The position numbers and the translations under genes were made by a program. Below are positions 10,807 to 22,553 of a stretch of 64,000 nt of DNA, piece after piece (the stretch's first letter is position 1; each line of letters starts with the position of its first letter). The stretch comes from an uncultured Actinomyces sp. (lineage in GTDB: Bacteria; Actinomycetota; Actinomycetes; Actinomycetales; Actinomycetaceae): the NCBI RefSeq assembly GCF_963526355.1, contig NZ_CAUROW010000008.1, forward strand, positions 4,959-68,958, written 5' to 3'. The notes below the pieces were generated by a model that worked only from the letters and a program-made list of their open reading frames with translations, was not told the origin of the DNA and ran no database searches.

Positions 10807-13302
10807 TCAGCGGGCTGGGGCGTCGGCGCTGCTCAGAGTCCTGATTGCCGCGTCCACGCCGTCGATGAGCCCGGGCGTCACCGCAAGGGCCCCCGACCCG
10901 GCCCGGTAGGTCATCCCGGGAATGGGCGTGTATAGGACGTTCGCCTCCAGACTCGTGCGCCCCTCCTCGATGGCCCGCCACGGCTCGGGGTCCTCATGGA
11001 AGAACCGCGCGACGCGCTCATCGCAGGCCAGATGCTCCAGGACGTTGTCGGCCGACTTGTGCGCCACTCGCCCCGGCAGTCTGCGGGGAGGAATGTCGGT
11101 CTCGTCGTCGTCATCGATCGTGGGAGCCGCCCCCTGGTACTCGATGACGACCAGCTGGGCCCCACTGGGCGAGAGCGCCAGCGCGTGGACGGGGCTGTCC
11201 ACCGGCCGCTGGTCGATCGCGCTGCCACGGAAGGCGTCGGGGATCCGGAAGCCCTCCAGGACGGCGAACTGCTCACCGTTGGTGGTGTTGAGCCGGCGTG
11301 TCAGGCCCAGGATCTCGGCCTGCTGCTCGGCAACCGACGAGGCCAGGTCTCGCATCTCACCGATGACCCGGGAGTCGGCCCCGGAGTCGGCCAGATCGGC
11401 GACGGTCTCATCGAGCCGGCCGGGCTCCAGGGCGTCGGCACCGACGACGCCCACGGACTCGGCGAGCTTGCGAAGACGCGCGATATCGGCTTCGACCGCC
11501 ACCTGCCGCTTGGTGCGCGCCGTGAACAGCGCCTGGCTCTCGGAGAAGCTCTCTGCACCCCGGATCCGTCGGTTGACGGAGAGCTCGGCGGCCAGGTCCG
11601 TACCGCCCCCGGCGGGACTCGCGCTCAGAGCCGAGCGCGGCATGTAGGTCATGGCGAAGTCCAGCAGGGCCAAGCACGCCTGCCCCGGTGTGAGTGCGGC
11701 CAGGTGGCCTACGAGGCTGCTCGACGACGGCGCTGTGCTGATGCGGCGCCCCGGCGCTCCTAGCTTCAGGACCAGGGACAGGCTCATGGCCACCGTGGCC
11801 AGCGCACCGATCGCGTAGAGGAGCCCCTGGGTGCCACTCAACCCGCTCCACCACTGGGAGGACAGACGCGGCAGGGCTGAGAGGAACAGGTTGTCCTCGG
11901 TCTCCTTGAGCTCGGGGGCGAGCTGCCAGACGGTGCGCACCTCGTACATGCAGCACAGGAGGAACAGCACGATGCCGACCACCAGGATCCCCAGGCGGAA
12001 GCCCTGGCGGGCATTCGGCTCAGCGCCCGGCGTCGTGGCCGCCATGGCGTCGGCGCGCACGCCGCGCACCTGCTCGGCGGTGGCCCGTCCGGCCCGCATG
12101 GCGTAGAGACGCCCCTGACGCAGGTCCCCGTAGGCGCCCCAGGTGACGGCCAGGTCGCCCCAGGTGAAGTTCGCCAGCGCCACCACCGAGACGATGAGGG
12201 CGCGCACGAACGGCGGCGCCTCGGTGAGGTTGGGATAGCGGGGTGCCGGCGCCCCGGCCACCGTCCAGCCGTGCACGCCCGCGTAGGCGCGGCGGTGGGC
12301 GTCCAGGAGCAGGCAGGCGGCCATGAGGATGACGGACAGGGGGATGGCGCTCAGGCCTCCGCCATTGACCCGCCACAGGAACATGAGCAGGGCCGGGAAG
12401 CCGCCACCGGAGTCGCTGTGGCCGAGCTGCTGGGCGATCCTGGCGATGTAGGTGGCGTGGTCGCTCACCGACTGCAGGATGACCACCGCCGGCAGGATCC
12501 AGGCCACGATCCTCAGCCACACGAGGTTCCTGGCCCCCTCGAAGGCCGGTGAGTCCTTGAGTCGCCACAGTGTGATCGCCAGGGCCACCGCCATCGTGAT
12601 GTTGGCGGTGCTCACCTGGTTGCTGACCGCCAGGACATTGCTGTCCTCCTGGGTCATCGACCCCGAGGTCCACGGGTTGAAGGAGAAGGGAAGCCGCCCG
12701 TTGCCCAGGATCGAGGCGAGCATCCTGCTCTCCTCAAGAGCCCGGATGCCGTCCTTGACGGCTGTCAGGCCGGCGCCGGCGGCGAACCCCAGCAAGGCCC
12801 AGTCGGAGGCTGCCAGGCGGCGCATCCGGCCCGGTGCCAGGAACACCACGAGGACCAGGGGCACCAGGGGGCTGAGCACGTCCAGAGCAATGGTCAGGGC
12901 GATGCTCATCCCGTTGCCCATGACGGACAGCCCGGCTCGGGTGCGTACCGAGTTCATGATCATGGCCACGATGAGGGACCACACGGCGCCGACGCCGTAC
13001 ATGAGAACCACGGAGCGCCAGCTGATGGTGCGCGTGCGGGCCAGCAGGGCCACCACCATGAGGCACACCGCCATGAACGCCGCTGGGACGACCGCGTAGG
13101 CCAGCCGCGGCACGATGAACAGAGCGGCGACGAGCAGCGGGATCATGACGGCGTAGGCCCCGCGCACCACCAGGCTCAAGGCACTGGACAGCCCCGTGTG
13201 GCGGCTCCACCAGCGCCGGTAGGCGGAGGCGGCCTCCTGCCACCGCTCGGGAGGAACCCCGCGGTACACCGGTGTTGCTGCGATATTGATGGACGCAGTC
13301 AT
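10807..13302 (-). CDS. PrsW-like membrane protein with degenerate catalytic motifs, fused to a C-terminal soluble (nuclease-fold-like) domain
   Basis: APGRMRRLAASDWALLGFAAGAG PrsW-type segment; about 10 TM helices; coiled coil, then LVVIEYQG domain; start chosen at the ATG 7 nt after a TACAGT -10 box. Confidence 0.65.
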   Translation of the reverse strand: MTASINIAATPVYRGVPPERWQEAASAYRRWWSRHTGLSSALSLVVRGAYAVMIPLLVAALFIVPRLAYAVVPAAFMAVCLMVVALLARTRTISWRSVVLMYGVGAVWSLIVAMIMNSVRTRAGLSVMGNGMSIALTIALDVLSPLVPLVLVVFLAPGRMRRLAASDWALLGFAAGAGLTAVKDGIRALEESRMLASILGNGRLPFSFNPWTSGSMTQEDSNVLAVSNQVSTANITMAVALAITLWRLKDSPAFEGARNLVWLRIVAWILPAVVILQSVSDHATYIARIAQQLGHSDSGGGFPALLMFLWRVNGGGLSAIPLSVILMAACLLLDAHRRAYAGVHGWTVAGAPAPRYPNLTEAPPFVRALIVSVVALANFTWGDLAVTWGAYGDLRQGRLYAMRAGRATAEQVRGVRADAMAATTPGAEPNARQGFRLGILVVGIVLFLLCCMYEVRTVWQLAPELKETEDNLFLSALPRLSSQWWSGLSGTQGLLYAIGALATVAMSLSLVLKLGAPGRRISTAPSSSSLVGHLAALTPGQACLALLDFAMTYMPRSALSASPAGGGTDLAAELSVNRRIRGAESFSESQALFTARTKRQVAVEADIARLRKLAESVGVVGADALEPGRLDETVADLADSGADSRVIGEMRDLASSVAEQQAEILGLTRRLNTTNGEQFAVLEGFRIPDAFRGSAIDQRPVDSPVHALALSPSGAQLVVIEYQGAAPTIDDDDETDIPPRRLPGRVAHKSADNVLEHLACDERVARFFHEDPEPWRAIEEGRTSLEANVLYTPIPGMTYRAGSGALAVTPGLIDGVDAAIRTLSSADAPAR

Positions 13303-13640
13303 GCTTGGGACTGTATGCGGTATCTTGAGCCGCCCGCAAGGAAACAAGCCGGTCGATCGATTGATTTACCGACGGCGACACCTCGGGTGAGCCGGTCGAC
13401 CGAAGGCCGCTCGATGGTCCTCAGGCGGCGGCCTTGCCGGTCGGGGGAACCACCGTGAGGCTTCCCGGGTGGAGCCCCCAGCTCGGCAGGGGAGGGCTGT
13501 GCTCGGAACTGATGGATGAGTGAGATATGGGTCAGATGCGGACTTCTGCACCCGAAAGACCACTCGGAGACAGCTCTCGGGCTCGCATCCCGGTGCCGGT
13601 CGCATGCCGAGTCCACCCGATAAGATCCCGATAAGATGGA

Positions 13641-13720
13641 GTCGGCCACAACTGGCGAGGGTGGGGCACCACCGGGGAGTGGCCGAGGCCGTCCACGCAC
13701 GGGACGTCGCCCGCCTGGGC
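13641..13720 (+). ncRNA. ZMP/ZTP (pfl) riboswitch
   Basis: P1 TCGGCCAC/GTGGCCGA, ACTGGCG, GGTGG..CCACCGGGGA, 3' hairpin GCCCGCCTGGGC; directly upstream of purH and just after a TAAGAT -10 box. Confidence 0.93.
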
Positions 13721-13752
13721 GTCCCATGCCCTCACGCCGCACCAGGAGCATC

Positions 13753-15570
13753 ATGTCCCCGTCGTCCCCTCAGTCGGGCCAGGCCGCCGGCCGGTCCTCC
13801 GCCGAGACAGTACCCACCGCCCACGTCGCCACCGAGGGCCTCGTCAGCCCTGACCGCGTTCCCGTGCGTCGCGCCCTCGTCTCCGTCTATGACAAGACCG
13901 GCCTCGTCCCCCTGGCTCAGGCCCTGGCCGATGCCGGCGTCGAGATCGTCTCCACCGGCTCCACGGCCGCCACCATCGCTGCCGCAGGCCTGGTCGTCAC
14001 CCCGGTGGAGGAGATCACCGGTTTCCCCGAGTGCCTTGAGGGCCGAGTCAAGACCCTCCATCCGGCAGTCCATGCCGGTATCCTCGCTGATCGCCGTAAG
14101 CCCGACCATCTCGACCAGCTCCAGACCCTGGGCGTGACTCCCGTCGACCTGGTCGTGGTCAATCTCTACCCCTTCACCGATACCGTCGCCTCCGGCGCCG
14201 CCTTCGACGCCTGCGTCGAGCAGATCGACATCGGCGGCCCCGCCATGGTGCGCGCCGCCGCCAAGAACCACCCCGCCGTCGCTGTTGTCACCAGTCCCGC
14301 GCGCTACGACGCCGTCGCCGCCGCTGTGCGCGAGGGCGGCTTCACCCTGGCCGCCCGCCGCCGGCTGGCCGCCGAGGCCTTCGCCCACACCGCCGCCTAC
14401 GACGCCGCCGTGTCCACATGGCTGGCCGGGCAGGTCGAGGCCGACGGCGTTGTGAACACTGCCGACGCCGCAGACGTAACCGACTCGGGGGAGCCTGCCG
14501 CGCCGCCCGCCTACATCGGTGTCGGATACGAGCGCCTGACGAGCCTGCGCTACGGGGAGAACCCCCACCAGCGGGCCGCCGTCTACCGCACCGCCGGGGC
14601 GAGCGGGGGAGTGGCCGGCGCCCGCCAGCTCCACGGCAAGGCCATGAGCTACAACAACTACACCGACACCGACGCCGCCGTGCGCGCCGCCTACGACCAC
14701 GGCCAGGCCGTCACGGTCGCCGTCGTCAAGCACGCCAACCCCTGCGGCATCGCCATCTCGGCCACCGGTGACGTCGCTGAGGCTCACCGCAAGGCCCACG
14801 CCTGCGACCCGGTCTCGGCCTACGGCGGTGTCATCGCCACCAACACAGTCGTCACCGGCGAGATGGCACGTCAGATCAAGCCGGTCTTCACCGAGGTGGT
14901 CGCCGCCCCGGCCTTCGCCGACGAGGCCGTGGAGATCCTGTCCACCAAGAAGAACCTCCGTCTGCTCGTCGTCGAGGCCCCCCAGCGCGAGGGCTACGAG
15001 ATCAAGCAGGTCTCAGGCGGCGCCGTCATCCAGGAGCGCGACGTGCTCAGCGCCGACGGCGACGACCCGGCGACCTGGACCCTGGCCGCAGGGCCCGTCG
15101 CGGACGACGCGCTCCTGGCTGATCTCGCCTTCGCCTGGCGCTCGGTGCGTGCCGTGCGCTCCAATGCGGTCCTCCTGGCCCACGACGGCGCCACCGTCGG
15201 AGTGGGGATGGGGCAGGTCAACCGCGTCGACTCCTGCAGGCTGGCCGTCGAGCGCGCCAACACCCTGGGTTCCCGCTCCACCGGCGACGCCGCAGTCAAC
15301 AGCTCCCAGAAGGAGAAGGGTGCCGTCGGCGGGGCTGACGCCGCCGAGGTCCTGGGGGGCACCATTGCCGCACCGGAGCGCGCTCGCGGTGCCGTGGCCG
15401 CCTCCGATGCCTTCTTCCCCTTCGCCGACGGGCTTCAGGTCCTCATCGACGCCGGGGTGCGGGCCGTCGTTCAGCCCGGTGGGTCCATTCGCGACCAGGA
15501 GGTCATCGATGCCGCCCAGGCCGCCGGCCTCACCATGTACTTCACTGGCACCCGTCACTTCGCCCACTGA
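13753..15570 (+). CDS. purH: Bifunctional AICAR formyltransferase/IMP cyclohydrolase
   Basis: [66 protein letters not shown] before ATG 13753. Confidence 0.98.
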   Translation: MSPSSPQSGQAAGRSSAETVPTAHVATEGLVSPDRVPVRRALVSVYDKTGLVPLAQALADAGVEIVSTGSTAATIAAAGLVVTPVEEITGFPECLEGRVKTLHPAVHAGILADRRKPDHLDQLQTLGVTPVDLVVVNLYPFTDTVASGAAFDACVEQIDIGGPAMVRAAAKNHPAVAVVTSPARYDAVAAAVREGGFTLAARRRLAAEAFAHTAAYDAAVSTWLAGQVEADGVVNTADAADVTDSGEPAAPPAYIGVGYERLTSLRYGENPHQRAAVYRTAGASGGVAGARQLHGKAMSYNNYTDTDAAVRAAYDHGQAVTVAVVKHANPCGIAISATGDVAEAHRKAHACDPVSAYGGVIATNTVVTGEMARQIKPVFTEVVAAPAFADEAVEILSTKKNLRLLVVEAPQREGYEIKQVSGGAVIQERDVLSADGDDPATWTLAAGPVADDALLADLAFAWRSVRAVRSNAVLLAHDGATVGVGMGQVNRVDSCRLAVERANTLGSRSTGDAAVNSSQKEKGAVGGADAAEVLGGTIAAPERARGAVAASDAFFPFADGLQVLIDAGVRAVVQPGGSIRDQEVIDAAQAAGLTMYFTGTRHFAH

Positions 15571-15687
15571 TGTCCCGGCGGCCTCGTGCCCGGCGGTCTT
15601 GTATCGGGCGCCGGCCGGCGCGTTAGGGGGGATGTGGAGAAGGAAGCTCGTGGACCGGCGCCCCCGTGCGCCGATAGGCTCGTCTCC

Positions 15688-15987
15688 GTGACTCACGACC
15701 CGCATCCCCGGCAGGACGAGCACAAGGAGCCCTACCGCACGATCTGCGTCGTCCTTGTGGCCCTCGGCCTGGCCGCGGTTCCCGTCATTGCGCTGCTGGG
15801 GCATCGTCGCCTCGCCGTCCTGTGGGCGGCCGCAGGGATCCTGGCGCTGGCCATCGTCCGGATCCAGCGCCCCGACGGCACCTGGCTGGCGGCGCGCAGT
15901 CGCCTGTTCGATGTCGTCTTCGGTATCGGTCTGGCCGTGGTCCTGTTCACTCTTTCCACGTACGCAAATCTGCCCCATGTCATGTGA
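15688..15987 (+). CDS. Small membrane protein (DUF3017-like)
   Basis: Three hydrophobic segments, LAARSRLFDV motif; GTG 7 nt after TAGGCT. Confidence 0.7.
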   Translation: MTHDPHPRQDEHKEPYRTICVVLVALGLAAVPVIALLGHRRLAVLWAAAGILALAIVRIQRPDGTWLAARSRLFDVVFGIGLAVVLFTLSTYANLPHVM

Positions 15988-16166
15988 GCGCTGCCTCCGC
16001 TGTGCCGGCACCACTGATTTCTCCTGGTGAAGCAGCCCCTTGCTGCTTGTGATCCGCCTCGTGCGGGTGCCCATTTGTCGGTCGGAGCCGCACTGCGATC
16101 GGACGTTGTGGCACGCTGGGGCACTCAAGACGTTCCGCCATCGTTCCACACCCTGAAGGTCCCTGT

Positions 16167-17519
16167 ATGTCACGCAATCCCTCGGCCCCGCCGTCACTGG
16201 GCCACCGTCTCAGCCACAGCATCCTGACCTGGGTCATCGGCGCCATCGTGCTGGCCCTGCTTCTGGGATCAATCCGGATCGGCGGCCACCCCGCCGTTCC
16301 CAAGCCCGTCGGCAACGTCTTCGCGACCTTCTCCGACCTTTTCAGCCAGTTCCTCAACTTCGCCATCCCGCTCATCATCATCGGGCTGGTGACTCCCGCC
16401 ATCGCCGACCTAGGACGCGGTGCCGGGAAGTGGCTCGGCATCACCACCGCCCTGGCCTACACCTCCACCCTTTTCGCCGGCTTCCTCACCTTCCTGGTGT
16501 GTGCCGTCACCTTCCCCCGCCTGCTCGCCGGAACCTCCTTGGCCGACGTCGCCAAGCCTGAGGGGGCACTGACCAGCTACTTCACCGTTGAGATGCCGCC
16601 CGCCGTCCAGGTCATGACCGCGCTGCTGCTCTCCTTCGTCCTGGGAATCGGCCTGTCCATGGTGCCCCGGGGCGTCCTGCGCAAGGGATTCATCGAGTTC
16701 CGGGCCATCATCACTCGCCTTATCGAGCGGATGATCATCCCGCTGCTGCCCCTGCACATCTTCGGCATCTTCCTCAACCTCACCTACACCGGTGCGGCCG
16801 GGGCCGTCATGAAGGCGCTCTTGCGGGTCGTCATCGTGGTCCTCGTCCTGGAGGTCGTCATCCTGACCGTTCAGTTCGTGGTCGCCGGTGTCATTGGCCG
16901 CAGGAACCCGTTCAGGGCGCTGGTCACCATGCTGCCGGCCTACCTCACGGCACTGGGTACCTCCTCCTCCGCGGCCACGATCCCAGTCACTCTGCGTCAG
17001 ACGAAGAAGAACGGCGTGTCCGACGCGGTGGCGTCCTTCACCATCCCTCTGTGCGCCACGATCCACCTGGCGGGGTCGACGTCGAAGATCTTCTCCTTCG
17101 CCTTCGCCATCGTCCTCACCCAGGATCTGAACGTCTCCATCACTCAGTGGATCGGCTTCATCTTCATGCTCGGCATCACGATGGTGGCCGCACCGGGCGT
17201 TCCTGGGGGCGCCATCATGGCCGCCACCGGCCTGCTGTCCACCATGCTCGGCTTCAACGATCAGCAGGTGGCTCTCATGATCGCCACCTATATCGCCCTG
17301 GACTCCTTCGGCACCGCCACGAACGTCACCGGTGACGGTGCCATCGCCATCATTGTGGACCGCATGGCGGGAGGCTCTGTCAACGACGAGGGCGACCCGG
17401 AGAATGCCCGTGAGCTCTCCTTCGACGGCATGGCCTACCTCCACGCCGTCAGCGTCAAGGGCGTCGTCAGCCCTGAGGAGCTGGAGGTCTCCGCTGCCGC
17501 CACCCGCTCCGACGAGTAG
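16167..17519 (+). CDS. Dicarboxylate/amino acid:cation symporter (DAACS)
   Basis: ALGTSSSAATIP, PLCATIHLAGS, VAAPGVPGG, DSFGTATNVTGDG. Confidence 0.93.
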   Translation: MSRNPSAPPSLGHRLSHSILTWVIGAIVLALLLGSIRIGGHPAVPKPVGNVFATFSDLFSQFLNFAIPLIIIGLVTPAIADLGRGAGKWLGITTALAYTSTLFAGFLTFLVCAVTFPRLLAGTSLADVAKPEGALTSYFTVEMPPAVQVMTALLLSFVLGIGLSMVPRGVLRKGFIEFRAIITRLIERMIIPLLPLHIFGIFLNLTYTGAAGAVMKALLRVVIVVLVLEVVILTVQFVVAGVIGRRNPFRALVTMLPAYLTALGTSSSAATIPVTLRQTKKNGVSDAVASFTIPLCATIHLAGSTSKIFSFAFAIVLTQDLNVSITQWIGFIFMLGITMVAAPGVPGGAIMAATGLLSTMLGFNDQQVALMIATYIALDSFGTATNVTGDGAIAIIVDRMAGGSVNDEGDPENARELSFDGMAYLHAVSVKGVVSPEELEVSAAATRSDE

Positions 17520-17623
17520 GCCGCTCGAAGCTGCTCAGTCCGAGCCCGTATCGCGCCAAGACCGAGCGGGAGCCAGCGCTGCTGAAGCCCTGGGGCCCGC
17601 TCGGTGCAGTCCGCCTGCATCAG

Positions 17624-19459
17624 TCAGCGTCCGCGGGCGGTCAATGTTCGCAGCGCTCCGGGCTCGGCGAGGAGCTTGGCGGGTGGACCGGCCTGCACCA
17701 CCGTTCCCGCGTCCATGACGATGACATGGTCGGCCTGCTCGGACCACTGGAGGCGGTGGGTGATCTCAATGATCGTGGCCTGTGGCAGGTAGGTGCGCAC
17801 TCCAACCCGCACCCGCTCGTCCAGGTCGGGGTCCAGGTGGGAGGTGAACTCGTCGAGGATGAGAACCCCGGGGCGGGCAAGGAGGGCACGTGCCAGTGCC
17901 AGACGCTGACGCTGGCCCCCGGACAGGGACTGGCCGCGCTCGCCCACGAGAGTCTCGTAGCCGTCCTCAAGGGCCTCGATGTCCTCGTCGATGCAGGCGG
18001 CTCGGCAGGCCCGGCGTACCTGGGCGTCGGTGGCCGACGGTGCCGCCAGGCGCACGTTCTCGGCGATCGTGGCCCTCATGAGGTGGATCCGCTGATCCAC
18101 CATCCCGACCTCCTGATAAAGGCTGGTCGCGCGCAGGCCGACCACGTCCTGGCCGTCGATGAGGATGCGGCCCGACTCCGGCTCGTCGAAGCGCACCACC
18201 AGCTGGGCCAGCGTCGACTTGCCCGAGCCCGAGGCTCCCACGACACAAGTCCACTCCCCGGCCCTGGCCCTCGCGCTCACCTCGCGCACGGCCTGCGCCA
18301 CGGTGCTCGGGTAGGAGTAGCTGACGTCCTGCCACAGGACCTCGTGGGAGATACCGCCGGTCAGCTCCTCATCGCCGTCGCGCACCTCCACCGGGGCGTT
18401 GACGATCTCCCATACCCTCTCGGCCGAGGCGAAGGATGCATGGAGCGCTCCCGAGAGCTCCTCGACGCCTCGTACGGTCTCGCTCATCCGCAGCACCGCC
18501 GCGGCGGCTGCCGCCAGAAGGGGCACGTCCTCACCGGAGCCGGTGGCAGGCAGCATCGTCCCCACCATGACGACGACGATCGGTGCGGTCAGGCTCGTAA
18601 GCTGGTTGGCGCCCCGGCGCAGCGCGGCCCACCGGACGCTCAGTCGTGAGGCTCCGGCGATCTCGGTGTCGATCCCGGCCATCTCATCGAGACGCTCCCG
18701 GCTGCATCCGTACCCGACAACCTCGCTCATGCCCTGTACCGTGTCAGTGACATGCTGAGTGAGGTCCGCTCGCGCCGCTGAGACGGACCGGTATGCCTCC
18801 AGGGAGGCGGTAAAACCCAGACGAGGCACGATGAGCAGCTGGAACACCATGAGGGGAAACACCGACAGTGCCACCGGCCAGGAGACTTTCAGACCGATGA
18901 CCGTGAGCACGACGACCGGAGTGATGGCGGCCGAGACCGCTGGGGCGAAGGTGTGGGCGAAGAAGACCTCGATGCGGTCCACGTCCTTGGTGGCTCGTGA
19001 CAGCAGATCGCCCGAGTGGGAGGTGACGCTGACCCTGGGGGAGCGGGGGATGAGTGAGCGGAAGATCTGCCCGCGCAGCAGCTCGAGCGCCTTGAAGGCC
19101 ACCAGGTGACCAAGGAACTGCTCGGCGTAGCGCAGGGCGGCCTTGAGTAGGGAGAGCCCCGCCATCACAGCCAGAATCGGCCAGATGCTGGGCACGGGGG
19201 CACTGGTCGCCATGGCCAGTCCCACTGAGGCTGCGGCGTAGGCCCCTAAGGAGAACAGGGTCACACCGCTGAGTATGGCGACGCTGCGGCACAACGTGGA
19301 GCCCAGTAGCGGAGACAGGACCGGGCGGGTGACCGCCAGCAGCCAGCGCACCAGCACCGCGCGCGATGGCGGCGCCTGTGTCGAGACATCGGCCTCCTCC
19401 TGACCGAGTTGGTCGCTCTCGTCCGGCCGAGCCGCTGATGAGTGTCTGGACTGGATCAT
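17624..19459 (-). CDS. ABC exporter, fused permease/ATPase (CydC-like)
   Basis: LRYAEQFLGHLVAF, SGDLLSR, GASGSGKS, LSGGQRQR, LDEFTSHLD. Confidence 0.88.
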   Translation of the reverse strand: MIQSRHSSAARPDESDQLGQEEADVSTQAPPSRAVLVRWLLAVTRPVLSPLLGSTLCRSVAILSGVTLFSLGAYAAASVGLAMATSAPVPSIWPILAVMAGLSLLKAALRYAEQFLGHLVAFKALELLRGQIFRSLIPRSPRVSVTSHSGDLLSRATKDVDRIEVFFAHTFAPAVSAAITPVVVLTVIGLKVSWPVALSVFPLMVFQLLIVPRLGFTASLEAYRSVSAARADLTQHVTDTVQGMSEVVGYGCSRERLDEMAGIDTEIAGASRLSVRWAALRRGANQLTSLTAPIVVVMVGTMLPATGSGEDVPLLAAAAAAVLRMSETVRGVEELSGALHASFASAERVWEIVNAPVEVRDGDEELTGGISHEVLWQDVSYSYPSTVAQAVREVSARARAGEWTCVVGASGSGKSTLAQLVVRFDEPESGRILIDGQDVVGLRATSLYQEVGMVDQRIHLMRATIAENVRLAAPSATDAQVRRACRAACIDEDIEALEDGYETLVGERGQSLSGGQRQRLALARALLARPGVLILDEFTSHLDPDLDERVRVGVRTYLPQATIIEITHRLQWSEQADHVIVMDAGTVVQAGPPAKLLAEPGALRTLTARGR

Positions 19460-21285
19460 GCCCGCCGCTCCTCGCGCCTTCCGGCGGCCGCATCGGCGGC
19501 GTCATCAGCTCCGTGGGAATCGGCCTCGGCGTCGTCGGTGCCGTCTGCTGCGCCGGCGGTGGGAGCCTTGGCGGTGCCCACCTCATGAACGCCTCCAGTC
19601 TCCACCCTCACGGTCCGGTCCACGGTGGTCAGCGCCCCCGCACGGTGCGAGATGGTGATGACGGTCCGGCCGTGGGCCAGCTGCTCGATGGACTCGACGA
19701 TGGCGGTCTCGCTGGCCAGGTCCACCTGGCTGGTGGGCTCGTCCAGGAGAAGCACGGGGCGGTCGGCCAGGACCGCGCGCGCCAGGGACAGGCGCTGGGC
19801 CTGCCCGCCCGACAGCCCGAGCCCGCCCTCACCGACTTGTGTTTCCAGCCCCTCAGGCATCAGGGACACCTCCTTGTCCAACCGGGCCACCTCCAAGGCG
19901 TGCCACATCTGCGATGACGTCGCGCACGGTTGGGCCAGACGCAGGTTGTTCGCGATCGTGCCGGTAAACAGCCACGTCGTCTGCGCCACTAGTGCGGAGG
20001 CGGCCCGCACCTCGTCCTGAGTGGTCGCGGTGAGTTCGGTGCCCTCGATGCGCAGCGATCCGCTACTGGGCAGAAGGTTCCCGGCGAGCATTGCCATCAG
20101 TGTTGACTTACCGGCGCCCGAGGGCCCCACGACCGCCAGGTGCTCGCCGCGATGCACGGACAGACTCACGCTCTCAAGCACCGGATCCTCGTCCCACGTG
20201 GCCCCGACGTCGTCGAGCACCACGGAGGCCTGTGGTACCTCCTTCGCTGAGGTGTCCGCCTGTGTTTCGGGACGTGCTGCGGACTGCGGCAGAGGCCGCG
20301 ACAGGATCCGGCGGATGGCGCGCTGGTTGGCCATGCCTCCCATCCCCACGTAGAAGAAGGCCCCCACGTGGTCCAGCGGCTCCAGGAGCACGTAGGAGGT
20401 CAGCACGATCGCCAGTGCGTCTCCGGCGTCGATCGTCCCGGCGGACAATCGCAGCAGGGCCATCCCTGCAGCCGTGGTGATGAGGAAGAGTGAGAAGAGG
20501 CCGTCGGTGAGCAGGATGACGAGCTGATTGCCCGCCAGCAGGCCCATGACTGCGCGCCTATTCGTCTCCCCCTCCAGGCGTAGGCGGGCACTGGTGCGCT
20601 CTGCGGCCCGGGCCAGGGTGAGGGTCCGCAGTCCCTGGATGGCGTCGAGGTACTCGGCCGCCAGACGCGTGCGTGCACGCCTCGAGTCCGACGACGAGGT
20701 CCGCAGCCGAGAGTGGGCGAAAGCGATGAAGGCGGGTACCACGACGACGGCCAGGGCCAGTACCAGGGCCGGGACCATGTCGACCGTCAGGGCCAGCTCG
20801 ATGAGTACCAGCAGGGGTGCCGCGGCTGCGGCCAGGGTCGGGGCCAGGAAGGTTTGGCGGTAGAGAGCCACGCGTTCGGCGCCGTCGGTCAGCAGGGAGG
20901 CGGTGGCGCCGCTGCGGACGTCGGCGGCACGCGCAGGACCCAGACCGAGCAGGTGTGCCAGCGTGAGCCGGCGCAGGTGAGCCTCCTCGCTGAGCGCGCT
21001 GGAGCGGGCGATCCACTGGGACAGCAGCTGACAGGCGGCGCTCAGGACGGCCGCCGCCAACGCCTGGGTGAGCAGGCCGGAGGTCTGCGAGGAGACCAGC
21101 AGGGCGCCCAGAGCGCGTCCGGTGGAGATGAGGCACCAGCCCGAGCCCAGGGCGCCCAGCAGTATCAGGCCGAAGGAAAGGGCGCCCGCGCGGCGCCCAA
21201 CGGGTGAGGAGACCTCGGGGTGGGGCGTGGAACTGCGGCGTAGCGGCACCGCAAGGGGCACGAGGGATCGACGTGAGCTCATCAC
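19456..21285 (-). CDS. ABC exporter, fused permease/ATPase (CydD-like)
   Basis: YLDAIQGLRTL, GPSGAGKS, LSGGQAQR, LLDEPTSQVD; ATGA overlap with the partner gene. Confidence 0.88.
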   Translation of the reverse strand: MMSSRRSLVPLAVPLRRSSTPHPEVSSPVGRRAGALSFGLILLGALGSGWCLISTGRALGALLVSSQTSGLLTQALAAAVLSAACQLLSQWIARSSALSEEAHLRRLTLAHLLGLGPARAADVRSGATASLLTDGAERVALYRQTFLAPTLAAAAAPLLVLIELALTVDMVPALVLALAVVVVPAFIAFAHSRLRTSSSDSRRARTRLAAEYLDAIQGLRTLTLARAAERTSARLRLEGETNRRAVMGLLAGNQLVILLTDGLFSLFLITTAAGMALLRLSAGTIDAGDALAIVLTSYVLLEPLDHVGAFFYVGMGGMANQRAIRRILSRPLPQSAARPETQADTSAKEVPQASVVLDDVGATWDEDPVLESVSLSVHRGEHLAVVGPSGAGKSTLMAMLAGNLLPSSGSLRIEGTELTATTQDEVRAASALVAQTTWLFTGTIANNLRLAQPCATSSQMWHALEVARLDKEVSLMPEGLETQVGEGGLGLSGGQAQRLSLARAVLADRPVLLLDEPTSQVDLASETAIVESIEQLAHGRTVITISHRAGALTTVDRTVRVETGGVHEVGTAKAPTAGAADGTDDAEADSHGADDAADAAAGRREERRA

Positions 21286-21455
21286 GGTCCTGAAGACGAG
21301 AAATGGGTTGGGGGAGGGCTCCAGGGTATCGATCGAAGAGAGGCGCTGCCAGGAGCGGGGCGGATCTCACTGCGATCACCAGGAACCATCAGGAATCACC
21401 AGGGACTGCTGCGGAGCACCACAGTCTCCACGAAAGACGGCTCAGTGGGTGGTGA

Positions 21456-22553
<1,098 letters not shown>

